A stretch of DNA of 64,000 nucleotides, from the NCBI GenBank assembly GCA_036172245.1, contig JAYWIR010000013.1, positions 3,038,001-3,102,000 on the forward strand, read 5' to 3'. The DNA comes from Raillietiella orientalis (taxonomy: Eukaryota). This document shows positions 28,130 to 41,439 of this stretch, in pieces. The notes below the pieces were generated by a model. The model was not told where the DNA came from and did not search any database. It saw only the letters and a program-made list of their open reading frames with translations. The translations under genes and the position numbers were made by a program. How positions within the stretch are numbered: position 1 is the first letter of the stretch; every line of letters starts with the position of its first letter.

Positions 28130-28951
28130 TTCATAACTTTTGGACTGCTGAATAAACAAAGTGAATAGGTCACCTCAACATCTCAGATTCCACATTTTTT
28201 CCATCAGATACCAGCAAGCCAACAGCTTTAGCCATTACTTGTAAGGCAACAAGCATAGATAACAAAATAAAGGACCTTTGAATGCAGATTTGCGGCAAAC
28301 CAGTGCTCCCGGTTCTCAGGCTTCCCATATTCCGTTTCCGTGTTTTGAGTTTCGTAAGCCATTGCAAATGCATTTGACGAATGAGTCTGGAAAGAGAAAA
28401 CAAATACGAAAGTATCTATTCCAAGAGAAAGAATACTACATATTTGCGTTTAGCATTTCTTTAAGAAGTCTTTCCGATGAGGAACATTACTCGAATTTCA
28501 AGATTCTGTTAATTACTAGTCCTTGGAGCTACGCAAGATAGGAGAAATCACTTGTTTTCATACTCTGGTTCAACCAGTCCTACTATGTAAAACATTAGAA
28601 AAAAATCATAGTGAAATTAATATCACGTTATTCTTCGATTTTTGAAAGCTGTTAAAACTGTGTTGAAAGAAAAATAGTTTTCATGATACGAAATGTGTAC
28701 TGCAAAAAGTCGAAAAGTCCTTTTCGCCTACATAACATTCACAAATAGTGAACTTTTAGTCAATTTCTGCGGTTCATAAAGAAAACTAAATGCAGTAAAC
28801 TCTTGAAAGAAAATATTAATATCCAAAACCTTGCAAATAACCTCTTTTCTAGAAATACTTCTTTCACAAATGTGGACAAGGGTATCACGATATTTATGAA
28901 CTACTGTATAAAAAACTGCTGTTACAATAAGAAAAAAACTGTTGTAGGTAG

Positions 28952-29023
28952 AGAGTTATATCGATGAATGACGAACAGCTTGAATCATCGATGAAGCTGT
29001 TCATCATTCATCGAAATAACTCT
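28952..29023. repeat. 30-bp inverted repeat with 12-nt loop (pre-miRNA-like hairpin)
   Basis: Left arm AGAGTTATATCGATGAATGACGAACAGCTT versus the reverse complement of the right arm AGAGTTATTTCGATGAATGATGAACAGCTT: 28/30 identical. Loop GAATCATCGATG. Confidence 0.9.
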
Positions 29024-29230
29024 TGCCCTCTGTTCTCCGGTAGAAGCAGAGCAATGAGCAAGGTATTATGATTCCAGTATCGAATACTAAGTGTCCTAAC
29101 CTCATTGCCTTCCCTATTCTCAGTTTCAAATATTTTACAAGGTATGGTTGATTAATCCAGAAAGAATATCAACGGGGATAAGGGGTAAAACCGACTGCAA
29201 ATTTTATTCAGCAAAGGTAAGGTTCTTCAA

Positions 29231-29239
29231 ACTTACCGC
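29231..29239 (-). promoter_or_regulatory. Candidate 5' splice site of a non-coding leader exon of TOE1
   Basis: GCG|GTAAGT on the minus strand near the other edge of the island. A TTATTCAG acceptor lies just upstream of the TOE1 start region (~28148). Confidence 0.35.
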
Positions 29240-29619
29240 AGTTTCACACGGTCTCGAACGCTTTCTTTGAAAACAATTGACCTTTCAAGGTCCCTCTTTT
29301 TTTTGCAATTTCCTATTCCATCCCATACATGAAGCATTGGAGTGTTTCTTTACGAATATCGTCGTGCAATATGATGTTCCCGAATAATCCCATCAAAGCA
29401 TGGAAAATTTATAACTTCCTCTCACTTGGCAGGGTAATCTAGCTTGTCTTTCTTTGCTTCAAGTTCCCTCCTGAAATTTTAATGTCTTGTGATCCTAGGA
29501 TAGTTTCATGGTCGTGGTTCCGTTTTTATTTCCATTCAAAGATTATCCTAAACATTGGAATCAGACTGAGGATTATTTCTGTACACTTCATCCTCCGTCA
29601 ATAAAGTTTCAAGTTGCAC

Positions 29620-30930
29620 TGCCAGATGTTAGGAGCAAGCAGCGTAGAACAAGGAACTTAGTCTCAAACCGAGGGCTTGCAACTGTTGAGAGAAAGTCGT
29701 GGAAAACATTGGGGAACTTTTTGAAAAAAAATACTTCCGAGACTGCAGTCTGTAGAGTGACATCACGTGGCCTCACAGTCCAAGGCAACTTCTCTAGGAG
29801 TAACGTCCCGAAATGGCGACCTCCAAGAGGATGAAAGGGAGGGTGATTCCGACTTTGCCCCAGTACGACTCGCAGTGAGGTAAATCATTCTTGTGAGAAA
29901 ACAGACGAACAAACAGACTGTCGCATCATCAACTGTTTTGTTTCATTGCTGCCAACGCAACATTGAAAAGTTGCATTGGCGTTCTTCGCATTACAGCTCA
30001 AGACGGACTTAACTGAAAGGAGAAAAAAGGGAAGGAGGTGGGGAAGGGCGTGGTAGAGGAGACACAAGCATCGCAGTGTTTCAGTATTCCACCAAGGAAA
30101 TTTGCCGCTTCCTGGATCTTTTGGAGAGTATAGGGGATAGTCTAAGCTGGAACTCTGTCGCAATCTCCAATCCCGATCTCCTGCACGTAAAGGTCCACCA
30201 GGATGTCCTACTCTGTCCTCTCAAGAACTAGATCTCCAGATGAGAATGCTGAAGAAGGCGATGATCACCCTCACCGTGGGGCTGTGCAAAGGAGGACGTT
30301 TCCTTGTCCCTCGAGGAATGTTCTCGGGATCTCCACCTTGGATTGGATTTGCAGCTGAGTCGCCAGCTCCACCACTTTCCAGTTCTGAACGAGGACCCTT
30401 CAGGTATGCGGCTGGATATCGTCTTCGGTACTCCCGCAAGCCCGGAGTAGTCTACCGTCGGGGTTCCCGGTCCAGTACAAGATCCCTACGTGATGAAGCA
30501 GTGGGAGGCATTCCTGAATCTCTGGCAGCAGTTCGAATCTCCAAGTGAGGTGACCCGATCCTTCCCATGCAAACCCCGTAGCTTGTGCTGTGTCGGAATG
30601 GTAGACGGGATCGCACCGCCCTCGGGGATGAACACTGCGAGCCCTGGGTTTGCTCGGAGTAGCTACCGATGGTTCTTTTAGTGCACACTTCTATCCCGGA
30701 CAGGTGTTCCGTTATCCTGTGAAGGATTCTGCAGTTAAGGCGCGACCCGTCTCCGACAAGGTCGCCGATGGCAGCACAGCTGTCCGCGTGCATGGAGAAT
30801 CCCCGGAGGAACGGCACTACCGCCTTGACATTGTCGAAATTAAACCTTCCGAGGTTGCACGTTCCGAGGCAGCATTGAGGATGTTTGAGAAGCGCTGTCT
30901 CGAAGCCGGCATCTTCCCGTCGTGTCGATC
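29620..30930 (-). mobile_element. L1/Tx1-type ORF2 relic (endonuclease to RT start)
   Basis: LGRFN (GDFN), GSRLN, HSD, GSGHLTWRFELL, then VTPREVAL...IFFKKFPNVFHDFL. Confidence 0.6.
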
Positions 30931-31099
30931 CCACAAACCTATTGAGTTCAAGTTTTCATGTTTGCGTCATCGCAATCTTGACAACAGAACATCCCTCTAG
31001 GAAATTCAATCAGGTGACCTCAAAGGATCTTCTTGTTCCAGCAGCTGCTTGCTGCGAAAAAATTAGGCGCGCGAGAATTAGACACGTTACATGTATCTG

Positions 31100-31560
31100 T
31101 CACATGTGGAAGCTTCCAAGCCAATGTAGTAACAGAGGTGATGACCAGCCCCCAAAATGGATATCTCAAAAATGTTCGCCGTCATGATGTTCTTTCGAAC
31201 AAACTGCATCTTGAAATTGGGGAGCTGTTACTTTTTTCGGAAACGAATGGCTCCGGAATGGGGGAAAGCCCCTGAGTCTCCACCCAGTTCGCGTACCGCC
31301 TGCATTTCTTCTTGGCGGAAGAAGTGTCTGGACAAACGGCAGAAGTAACACAGCATCGGCTGGTTACACGTCTTCAGAAAGTGGCCCTGCTAGCCGCACC
31401 GGTAACACCGTGCCCTGGGGCAAGCCCTCAAACGGTGGCCGAACACTTTGCAGAAAGCAGGCTACTGCCTGTACTTGATGAGGACACCCTGAGAATACGC
31501 GTCAAATGCTCGCTACTCCCGGAATCCTCGCGTCTTCCCGGATCTGCCATGCTGAACATA
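31100..31560 (+). mobile_element. L1/Tx1-type C-terminal zinc-binding relic
   Basis: QHRLVTRLQK...TPCPGASPQTVAEHF. Confidence 0.45.
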
Positions 31561-31779
31561 GAAGGATCAATCATCTATACAAAGATACAAATGCATTTAT
31601 GTGCAAATGTTCGCCTATGTAGAAATACATACGTATATGTAGTCAGCCATGACTTTGTGATTCGAGTTTTTTTTTGGGGGGGGGGTCTTATTATGCGGTG
31701 CTTCCGTTAAGGACTGGTATCACTGCCTGAAATTCACCGCTTTACGCAGCGTCAATTCAATCACAAACGTGCACTACAC

Positions 31780-32300
31780 TGAACACGTCGGAATTTGCAA
31801 TCCTTCGAGGGGAATCACATCTCCAGCATCCATTCCTTGATGATCCTTTCCACCCGCCCTGATCAGTACCGCGCCTCGACGATGGACTCCTCTTCCCCGC
31901 CCTGAGAGAGGCTGGAGCCCTCTTCCCCGGAGCTGGGTAGCCTCCTCGTCGCACGGGAAGGCTACCCACCTGATCCATCGCTGCTCTAGGGGCGGGGGGT
32001 CAACATGCTGAAATTTCGCGCTAGCGCAGTGCACGAGCTTCCGCAAGCATCGTCTTCCGGCAGAGTGGATCTTAGAAGACACACGTTCAGAGATCAGCAG
32101 TTCGCATTGTGTCTCGTCGCAGGTCCACGAATCGTTGTTCATGCGCATCGGGAAGCAGCGCTTGGTCGGCCGCGGATGATACCCATGGGCGTTCCCTTTG
32201 ATTACTTGGTGGTCGGAAACTCGCGCCTCACTGAGCGCCTCGTAGCTCCACGTCCGCGCCTCCCCGGTACGCAACCACCATTCCGATTTTGCGTTTTGCA
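31780..32300 (-). mobile_element. LINE endonuclease C-terminal relic
   Basis: ORF 31774-32274 (-): RVSDHQVIKG...PMRMNNDSW. Confidence 0.5.
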
Positions 32301-32321
32301 GGTCATCCTTGCTCAGGGACC

Positions 32322-32355
<34 letters not shown>

Positions 32356-32419
32356 GTATATACAGCCGAAGCGTGTGCATTCCTATTGACGCTCGCCTCG
32401 TGATGTTTGGCCGACACTC

Positions 32420-35050
32420 CCGCGACTGCGTGATCCTGCGGACTCTACACAGCCCGCAGGGGCGTCCGTTGACCGCCTTATCGTATGTATGCCGGCGTGG
32501 GAAAGTTCAAGAGAACGCGGGCGCGGAAGGGAGGTGCTGGTATCGGGCGTGGCAAAGCACCCGGGAGCGGCGGTGGTTTCCACGGCTACGGGGGTGGCTT
32601 CCACAAAGCTCCGTTTGTGTGTGGCTCGTGCCTCCCGTCGAATCGCCGTTTCCTGGCGCACTTGCGGAACGGTCCCAAGAGTCCCGCAATATGGAGCGAC
32701 GGTCGCTCCTACTCTCAGGCATTTATCCTCCGGCGACGGATGCAAGGATCGAGGTAGATCTCCTTTCGTGCAACTCCCAGCATCCCGAAAGTCCAGGCAG
32801 TCCGAAACGAAGACCGAAACTCCTCGCGGCGGGAGGAAATCGGGCCCGTTCCTCGCGCGTGAGCGGCTCCGCGGCAGCGGAGCGCGCCCTTCCGATGAGG
32901 CTCTCACGGAAACGGACCACACTCGCAGCCGAGCTGGGAGCCTAGGAAGGGAGGTGCGACCTGTCTCGTCTGGGGGGGGAGGGGCGAGCACCGCATTCGC
33001 GTGCCATCTTGCGATGGGAAGGCATCGACGAAGAAGGTTCTAGTCCCTCCTGAGCGGGGAGCCGGTTCAGGGAGCTCTTCCGTGGACCCGCGATGCACCA
33101 CCGCGCCTGGCGTGCCTTGGCGCCGGATCGCTCCGAAAACACCTTGCGCCACGACCCAGTTGCGTACCCCTGCGCTTGCTCTTTTCGTCCTACTCCTTCC
33201 GTTTCTTCTACTCTCTCTCTTCCACGGAGGATTCTTAGAGCCGGGACTCGGAAAATTTCCTGCGCAACCGGGAAAAAAAGGAAAAAACGGAAGCGCATCC
33301 CGGCGGGTTGAGATCTCTAGGATTCAACAGCCGCACTGGGAAACGACGATCCCCCTCGCACCTGCTGGATGGACGCGAGAAGCGCGTCCGGCCGTGGAGC
33401 CGTGCCACGAAGTCCCCTGGCGGAACTCCCAAGGGAGCGCATTTCCGGGAAGTCGCTCCCAGGAGCGTCGCACCGGAACGACGAGCGCCGTTCCCAGAGA
33501 CCGAACCTCGAGTGGAACTTCCTCTTCCCGTGGGAACATCGGATCCTCCATCCCGACTGGAGCGGGTGACGTGATGGCAGCGTGGTGACGGCCAAGCGGG
33601 GCTCCGCGTCATCTTCGTCTTCGTCGAGGGAGCGACGGAGACTGGAGATGCCTCTACCCTCCTACCCGCGCGCACTACTTGGATTTCGCCGGGAGCTGTA
33701 CGTTTGGCGGGCAGCCCCCAAGGCCCTGGCGGTCCTGGCTACGGGTGTGAAGGAGGGAACTCTGCGACAAGAGCAGTGCCAGCTCTCTCCGAGCAAATGC
33801 GAATCTCTCTGGCTTGGGCTCCCCTCAGTAGCGCCAGCAATGCGAGTGTTGCTGTGGGGGATGCCCCTGTTCGTGACTGTTGGGAACGGTAGCTCCTAGG
33901 TCTCCTTTGGGTTCGGAGATCCCGGAGAAGAAAGGAACTCTTCGATGGAATCCTGGCGAAGGGCGCGGGGGGACGGGGAGGCTCGCGGGTATGAGCAGCA
34001 GTCCACGGACACCTGACTAGTAGGGCGGTAAGGGTGAGGGATGCCAGCAGCGGTCCACTCGCGGAAGCGGCTGCGGAACTACCAAGCAAAACGGGACGGA
34101 TTCTCCCGGACTCGATCCGGGTCACGGAGCGAAGACCCAGCTGACCTGGTCCGACTGATTCTGCGAAAGATGTCTTTGTAGGATTCGGTTGATCGACGCT
34201 GGGTCCGAACGAGCTTGCTCGCCGGTGTCCACCAGTCCTTTTAACGGAGTTTCCGTGTCCTACGTCCTCGAGCTCACCAGTCGAAGGGTCATCGGCTGCT
34301 GCCGCCGCAAGGAGTGGCCCCTCACGCCACGGGCAGCTGCGGGTTGGCACCGAGGAACGGAATGGCAGCGGCTGCGGGCGCTCGAGCTGGGCTCTGAGGT
34401 CCAGTACGCCTCCAGGAACGAATGCGTCCCCCAGCGCGCCGTCGCCACTCACCCTCCGCATCGGACGCGGAGGATGAAAACTCTCGCGAAGCTGTGATGC
34501 TGGACCGAGAGCACCCTCAGCGACTTGTCCTGGATCACGTCCGGAGCCTTTTCGACGAGAAGTGACGCTGGCCCGCTGCGGAGGTCCTACCCAGCCGCCC
34601 TCACCTCGGGACGGCGTCTGCGAAGATCGAGCGGCATGGAGCACCTGCTGCGACCTTGACTTCCGAACTTTTCGCCAGAAAATGGCGCGCCCTCGGAGCT
34701 TCCAAGTCCCCATCTTGCGCCGCCTGCCTCTGATGCGCCCGCGACCTCTGGGGCGACCGTGTGCTGCGTGTCGTGCGTGTGGACGGTCCGACCTGCTTTG
34801 TCCTACGGCTGCCGACGTTCCCGCCCTTTCGATCTTCGAGCAGCGACTGACACCTGCCCGTTGCAAAACTGCCGAAAGGGCATCTGGAGGCCGGCGAAGA
34901 GGGTCAGATGATGGCAGATGGCGTATCGCTCTTCCTGATTCCTTCCGAAACGGCGCAATGAAATGGAACAATCTGGCGGCTGGCTGTCCTGAGATGGTGC
35001 TCATCGGACGCACGAGTAGGGACAACCGTCGTCACGGGAGGTCTCCGGAA
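32420..35050 (+). mobile_element. GC-rich degenerate L1/Tx1-type ORF2 (endonuclease end, RT, CCHC)
   Basis: VDRL, GKKG, HLLDGREK, QGSAFPGSRS, NLEWNFLF (V-W-FLF), QLSPSKCESLWLG (N-xx-KC-xx-LWLG), and SFQVPILRRLPLMRPR...CAACRACG near 34750. Confidence 0.7.
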
Positions 35051-35949
35051 AGGTGCACAGTTTCGGTCGGGGAGCCGACCAAGTGAACGCTTCCCTACCG
35101 ACAGACCCCAGTGGGAGTGCCTCGCGCTCGACTACTTCCCTGTGCGAGGTAGCCGTAGGAGACTACCTCCAGAATTCTCTTCGTGTCACGCTTGTCCCTC
35201 AGTGGCTCGACAAACGAAGGGCTTGAGCGGCATGACCCCAGGCGATGAAGGCAGCATGGAGAGCATCCGCCTTTGGTCTTGCGAGCAGAGCATCACATCG
35301 CCATCGTCATTAATTTTACAATTACCTTGCTTTCATCAGCACCACTCCCTATCCAACGACAAAAATGGAACTCCACCTTATTCTCATCTGACGCTTCTCC
35401 CACCTTCTCCCCACCATTCCAGCTCCTTGCATCCATCACCATCACCTCACCTGCTTCACATTCCATGTGTGATCCCGCCATCGACGCTCCAACCAATGAA
35501 ACGGCCACCCGTAACCACCACCGTCCAAGGAATGCCGTGGTCCTCGGGTCCATTTTCCACTGCAGGCTCTGGATGGCAGGTGGGCTGCGGTTGTTTAGGG
35601 CAGGTCGAGGTCAAGGATGGGTCCATCTTCCTATCTGTCCGTGTCAGCGGCGTATCCGCCTCCCCCACTCGAAGCTACAGACGCAAATGCGGTCGGGGAT
35701 GGCGGTGGTTTGCCTAAGAATGTCGAGGGCAATTCGACATGCATCTGGACCCGCTGCCAGCGCGGGCGATCCTCAGAGGACGAAGATGGCGACTCCTATT
35801 CTCCTGGTTCCTTCAAGGCAACCAACTCTCGCCGCAAGAATGAAGAACCTCTTTCTCAGCGGAATGCGTTTTTCAGCTCTCTTTTTTTCCCACCTTTTTC
35901 GACCTCGAAAATCGAAAAGGAAAACGTCGCTCGTGGGTGCCACGCACGA

Positions 35950-37700
35950 GCTTGCACGGCAGCATCCCCTCGGAGGACACTCGGACTGCCCGGAAGGAAC
36001 TGGGGGTTCTCACGGCGACCACGCAGCCTGCCCCCTCCTCTCCCGTCCCCACGCTGGCCCTTATAGGACGAAATTCTCGCATGCGCCCGCTCTTCGTCCC
36101 GCGAGCAGTCTTGCTCCCTTCACTCGGAACGAGGAGCACGGATGCTGCGACTGGCGCTTGCGTTTGCTGTGGTGCTGGCGCAGGTGTACCGCGTAGCGAA
36201 GGGAGGAAGGAAGGAAGGAGCACGTGGCAACCCTGCAAGCAGTCGGAACAAGGAGACGAACGCATGGAAGGGAAACCGTCGCAAATGCCTCGCTCGTTTC
36301 CTTGGAGACGAGGCTCTGCTCGTCGTCGTCGTCGTCGTCATCCGTCTCGCCCCTGTGGCTCGCGGAGGGCACACCTTCCCTGGTCGTCGCGGGAGTCATC
36401 CGTCGCCCCGCGGTCCAGCACGATGGCCGCGCGGCGGTCGCCAGCCGCGCCTCGCGAAAGGGGATCATCCTGCGCCGGATTTTAGCGGGGACCTCGGAGC
36501 ACAGGGTGCCCCTCCAGGACCTGCACCCAAGAAGTCCACAAGGACCCGAGAACGGTCGCGCGACAACAGCTTTTCTCCGGAAGTGCGGCGAAAAACCGTC
36601 GCAGAGCGTTGAGGTCAGGGGGGGGGGGGGGCGCCGCCTACAGGTTGCAGCGCTACACGCGGACGGAGTCTGAACTGATCGAGTCGCAGGCAGCTCCGGG
36701 AGAGGACGCAATGCTCCCCGTTCGCCTGGCTCGAACCCTGTCACAGCAACAACCGGAAAGGAGGGGAGAGAAGAGGGTCCAATGGAGGCTGCGACCCCCA
36801 CTTCGTCCACCGGACACCAGTCTGCCTGTTGGCTAGGGTGGAGGGTAACTCCCTGTTTCCGAGGATGATTGGGAAGTTCTGGAAGTGCGCCGTCACTTCC
36901 GCAACAGCAGCAACCTGGCAGTTTTTTGTTCTTGTTTTCCCTCGTCGCCAGACGCCGGGACTGGACCGACACCAGGGAGGTCATCACTCCAGTCGGATCT
37001 CCTCCATCCTCGGGAACCAAGTCCTTCGAGGAACACGCGAGGCAAGGGCTGGGAAGAAAGAAAGAAAGAGAAAAGAAGGCATGCAAAACCTCTACGTCGA
37101 AGAGGTCACCGCTGCCATCGCTCTGGGTGCAGCAGATTGCAGCCGTCTTCCTTCCTCTCCCTCTGTGATGCTGTGATGACAGCAAGGCTAGATGTCCTCG
37201 GCTAGTCGAGGGAGATGTAGTATGGGACGGGATGATCATGGTGCTCGGGAAAGATGCATCGATCCTGTTGGTCCGGCGATGTCCGCAGCGTGCATGCAGA
37301 AAAGTCAGCGTCTGGGAAGACTTTTTTTTTCCCCCTTCCCCTCTCCTGTCCACAAAGGGCAGAGACTGTGCTGTTGTCGACTGGGCGACCGGCGACCCGA
37401 CCACAGGGTAAGGACTCGGCGTGGACGCGCGGCCTTCTTTCAGCGGCAACTCGGTCTACGGCTTTTGGTGTCGCCTTCGGCACTCGGCGGTGTCAAGAGG
37501 CAGGCTCCACCGCCGCGAAACGTGATGCAAGAGGCGTGGGAGAAAGCTTGTCCTCCCGTCACATCAAGGGGGAGGCGAACGGAGCGGCCGTATGAAGCGA
37601 TGGAGAGGTCTTGGTGGCCTTCCGCCTCCGGGTCGCCTCCACGAGTCAGCTGGATAAAAGCACACGGGAGAGGGAAAGACGCGTGTCACAAGCAGCAAAA
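35950..37700 (+). mobile_element. GC-rich degenerate L1/Tx1-type RT and post-RT relic
   Basis: VLLPSLG, DWRLRLL, AKGDHPAPDF (QGDPL-P-like), SRDN, QWRLRP, ARVEGNSL...KFWK, RDW, RQGLG...MQNL in colinear order. Confidence 0.55.
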
Positions 37701-37899
37701 TCGCACCCGAAGGCTCTCCTCTCGCTGGTTCCAACCAACGGCATCAACGGAACGAAGCGATCGCGGCGTTATCCCAGCGGACAATCCGTGTGCATCGTTC
37801 GTGGAACACACGTCCGTTTAAACAAAACGCGAACGAAGAGAGGGTCGGCACACAGCCATCTGCGCGATGCAATCCCCGAGAGAGGATTTTCCTAAACAT

Positions 37900-38640
37900 T
37901 CGAAGCAACTCTTTGCAACCAACTTGGAATCTCTGGTACATATGCGGTTTGCTCGGGTCGCCCAAGCTGCATTTATTGCCTGCTCGATGATGGTACATCC
38001 AGCACAGGGATCGTTGTATAATAATTGCGTTTCGTACGTCCATCTTTTTCCTTTCGATTCTGTCAGCAGCAAAGCGTTGGGACCTCAGTCGGCTGCGCTC
38101 CCGAACGGCCCTGCGGCTCCTCGCTTGCGCAACTCTGCCGAAAAGAGCATTTCCAGCATTTCAAGTTTCCTGCGTCGTGCACTCGCGCGATTCTGCAAAC
38201 ATCTTCCAAGCCCGAAGAAATGAGGGTGGAAGGGAAGAACTCGCAAGGCCCCAGGGCTTCCGCGCCCGAGTCACGTAAAGCGTGTGCGTTCGTTGACGAC
38301 CCCAAAGCCTCTGGGGGAAATTTTTCGTGGCACCTCCTCCAAGGGTGACGACGAACGTTGTCGCAAGCAACCGAAATTCGTCCGCAAGCACACCATACGT
38401 TCCTCCTGCATTCACCTCCGCTCGTGCCGCAAATGTTGTTCACCTCCATAAAAAAAGATCCTCAAGACACACGTGAGGTGGTTAAAGAACGTGCGGACAG
38501 ATTGCAAGTATATCTGCAGACGATGCTGCGACCATGGAACGAATTCAAAAACCATTTGCTTTTACATCGGCACACGCTTCAGAAGAAAAGCATGAAAGCC
38601 TCCTCCTCCCAAAGGGACCACCGCACATTCCCGAATTCGT
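37900..38640 (+). mobile_element. LINE endonuclease relic
   Basis: WYICGLLGSPK (WN-x-GL...K), AHHTFLL (SDH), LFTSIKKD...PWNEFKNHL (W-xx-K motif after the endonuclease). Confidence 0.5.
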
Positions 38641-39099
38641 CGTCCGGTGGTGGTGGTGTTTCGGTGCGATCAAACTGTCGTACGGGAAACGCATGTAATC
38701 CCAGGAATAAAATCACTCCCGACCCCTTTTCCCAATTAACGAACGTCCGCGCCTCCGGAAGCACGTGCCGCGGGCCGCAGCGTCTTCCGGAAGGGTGCCG
38801 AGCAGAGTTCGCTTCGCATTAAGATAGTCACTCCGACTAGCTGGAAGAGGTCGCCGCTGGGAGTGCACGGGGGGAACGGTACGTTTCGCCTAGGATGCTG
38901 CTGCACGCGAGTGGTGTTGCGGCCCCACCGCCCTGACACGAACATCCAGAGGGGAACAGAAGACTTCCTGTGGAGGCCCGAGTCATGCGCACGTGGTGCT
39001 TCGAGGAACCAAACAGTGAGTGGGGAGGGAAGGGGGGGGGGGCAGAGAGAGAAAAAAAGAAAAAGAAAAGCTACCGTGCGGCGCTCGCACCCAGGAATT

Positions 39100-39380
39100 T
39101 GAATTCTGCCGCGTGCGGGCGCTGATTCGAAAATCTCCGTCGTCGTGATGGGGCCGTTTCGGGTGGGGGTCGAAGGGGTTCGGGCCGCTGAGGGCTTTCG
39201 TGCGCGGCCCGACGCGTTCCCGTCGCGAATCGAAGATTCGAACTGTGGGACGGTGCGACGTCACCGTCGTCCCTTTCGGCTGCTCCCCGACGCTCCCGGG
39301 AGGAGCCCGTCCCTTCCCGGATCCCGGGAGGTGTTCTTCCCCGTCGGCGTCTCCGCGGCTGGAAACACGGCTTCGGATAC
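39100..39380 (-). mobile_element. LINE RT N-terminal fragment
   Basis: DPGRDGLL and KRPHHDDGDFRISAR (RPI...D-KI-A-like). Confidence 0.5.
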
Positions 39381-39499
39381 GATTCCTTTTTTTTTTTTTT
39401 TTCGTTTTCCCTCCCAGAAACGTACCGCCCGAAGCGTGGAAAGCAGCTGAACGAACGTCGTCCGAGGGAGGAGCGTGCACGATCTGTGTGCGTAACGAA

Positions 39500-39760
39500 C
39501 GGTGTTCGCGTGTTTTCCGTCGCGGTGTTCTCGACGATGCTTTTCACGTCGTGAGTTCCGTGCGGTCGGAGCAGTGTGTCACCTTATTATCCTTATTCCG
39601 AAATGGAGCGGCCATTCCCGGCGTCTCCTGGGTGAGCTGTCTGCCCACGCTCGTCGGCAGTCGAGAGGACTTTTTCTCGAGGGCTCGGTGGTGGACGCCG
39701 TCCAAAGCTGCTGCAGCTCCAATTGGGGGGCTGTTCGCTCAGAGTCACCGCCCCTGCCCT
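39500..39760 (+). mobile_element. LINE RT N-terminal fragment
   Basis: LIILIPKWSG in ORF 39502-40044. Confidence 0.45.
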
Positions 39761-40689
39761 TCCGCCCCCCCCCCCAACCGCTAGCAGCGGAAAGTTGCCA
39801 AAAGGAAACTGCGACTCCGTCACGACGATGTGTAAAGAGTCTAGGGGTGGTTTTGGGGGGGGGGGGGGATGACCTGACCTGTGAGTGGGGGTGGGTCGGA
39901 GCGTACGAACCCGCCAAGTGTGCTCGGCGTGATTTCATCCAAGCACGCGCTTATTCTCTCGTGGAATTTCACCGTGGTCTCTGCTTTGTTCAGCAGTCCT
40001 CCGTGCCGTGTACACAGAGGCCTGCTGTTGTGTACGCCCTTTAATCGAAAGCCACGAAGAGTGTCCTCGAACCAACAGGTCCATGCTCTCGTGATCTCGT
40101 ACCCTTGTCACTTCGGAGCCAGGGTGGAAAAATTGCTGAAGGCCATTGGCATTTCGTTGTGGTTTAGCAGCACGTCACCACTTTGAAAAACGACAGCGAC
40201 CGGGAAACGCTGCCAGAACAACCGGCGCGAAAGAAAAAGAACTGCCCCGAAGGTGCCTTTCGTCCGGATCTGTTCCAGGAGGACGATCGGGGGACTCTCC
40301 CAGTCGTGGTGACCGCGAGCGTGGTGTTGGGCGGGGAAGGGGGGGGGGGGGGGGAGGGGACGCCAGTCGTGCGAAATCTTTCCAGTTTCCCAGAAACGAA
40401 TGCATCTTGAGAGACGTCTCTTGTTCCAGTTCTGGCAATCCTGTTAGCTATGCTTTTCTTTTCTTTTTTTAGCACTCTGTGTGCAACTCGATTTGATTTG
40501 GTCTTCCCAGGCTGCCAAACCGCTACCGCACAGATGATTTTTTTTTTTCCGTTGCACACCCTAGTAGCAATGTAGTCTTCAGGAAAAATGTACACGACGA
40601 AACCTCTATCTGTATGTACATAAAGTACGAGGTCCGGATCATCGTCGTGTCACTCTGAATTACCTCCCCACCCCCCCAACTCCTGATGT

Positions 40690-40980
40690 ATTTGCCTCAG
40701 CTGATCTCCCTGGTCCTGCTTCTTTGCGGTGTTGTTCAAAATGGTGGCGCTTCCTTCCTGCAGTGCTCGTGGCTCTTCTGCACTGCTTCTCTGATCCCAT
40801 CTTTCTGGGGTCTGTTTGTCAGCCTCGAACGGAGCACCCCTGTTTTGCGCGCAAACGCGCTCTCCGGTGGCAGTCTGCTCCCGAAATCTTCCGTCGGTGC
40901 CTTTCAAGTTTGTCGCGTTGAAAATCTTCCGGAGGATGGAGGATTCTGCTTCGGTAGCCGTGGAATAAGCGATGTCTCCA
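40690..40980 (-). mobile_element. Possible LINE linker-region fragment
   Basis: KTGVLRSRL (G-xx-RSR motif of L1/Tx1 ORF2); single motif only. Confidence 0.3.
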
Positions 40981-41439
40981 AGACATCGTGGGGGGGGGGG
41001 GGGGGGAGGAACGTGAAACATCGGTGTTGGCGCGTGCTTGGAATCGGATCGCTCGTCTTCGGTGGGGAATGTTCCCAAAACAGGAAATGTGTATTCATTG
41101 CGAAGATGGACGAGGATTCTTCCTTTGCTTCATCAACCGTTCTCCTGTCCTCTCTCTATGTTGCTCGTCGTTTCATTCTCATTCCACGCAGTCGGCATGT
41201 GTTTTCGTTTGGTGTTTAACGAACCTCTTCACATGGCGGAAGCTTCCTGGATGTCCATAAAAGTAAGGGTGCGGCTCCTGGAGAGAAAAAGGCAGGAAAC
41301 AAACATCCAGACCGTTCTTCGGCTGCCGCTTCCTTACCGTCTGATCGTCCGGCAGTTGAGGGGGGGGGGGGGGCTTCGTCTCAACGTGCCCTTAGTCAGC
41401 TCGTTTCGTCTTCATCTTCCCTGTGCTGTTTCAGTGGAC

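Noticed and set aside
36142..36183. Signal-peptide-like MLRLALAFAVVLAQ followed by a GT
   Set aside because: Overlaps the WRPI-L region of an RT relic; no coherent downstream exons.
33739..37449. 428-aa and 462-aa minus-strand ORFs
   Set aside because: Stop-poor antisense frames of GC-rich + strand LINE relics.
38358..38600. PX-domain-like segment (VVKERADRLQVYLQTML)
   Set aside because: The flanking SDH-like and WNEFK motifs fit the post-endonuclease region of L1/Tx1 ORF2; no other PX exons are present.
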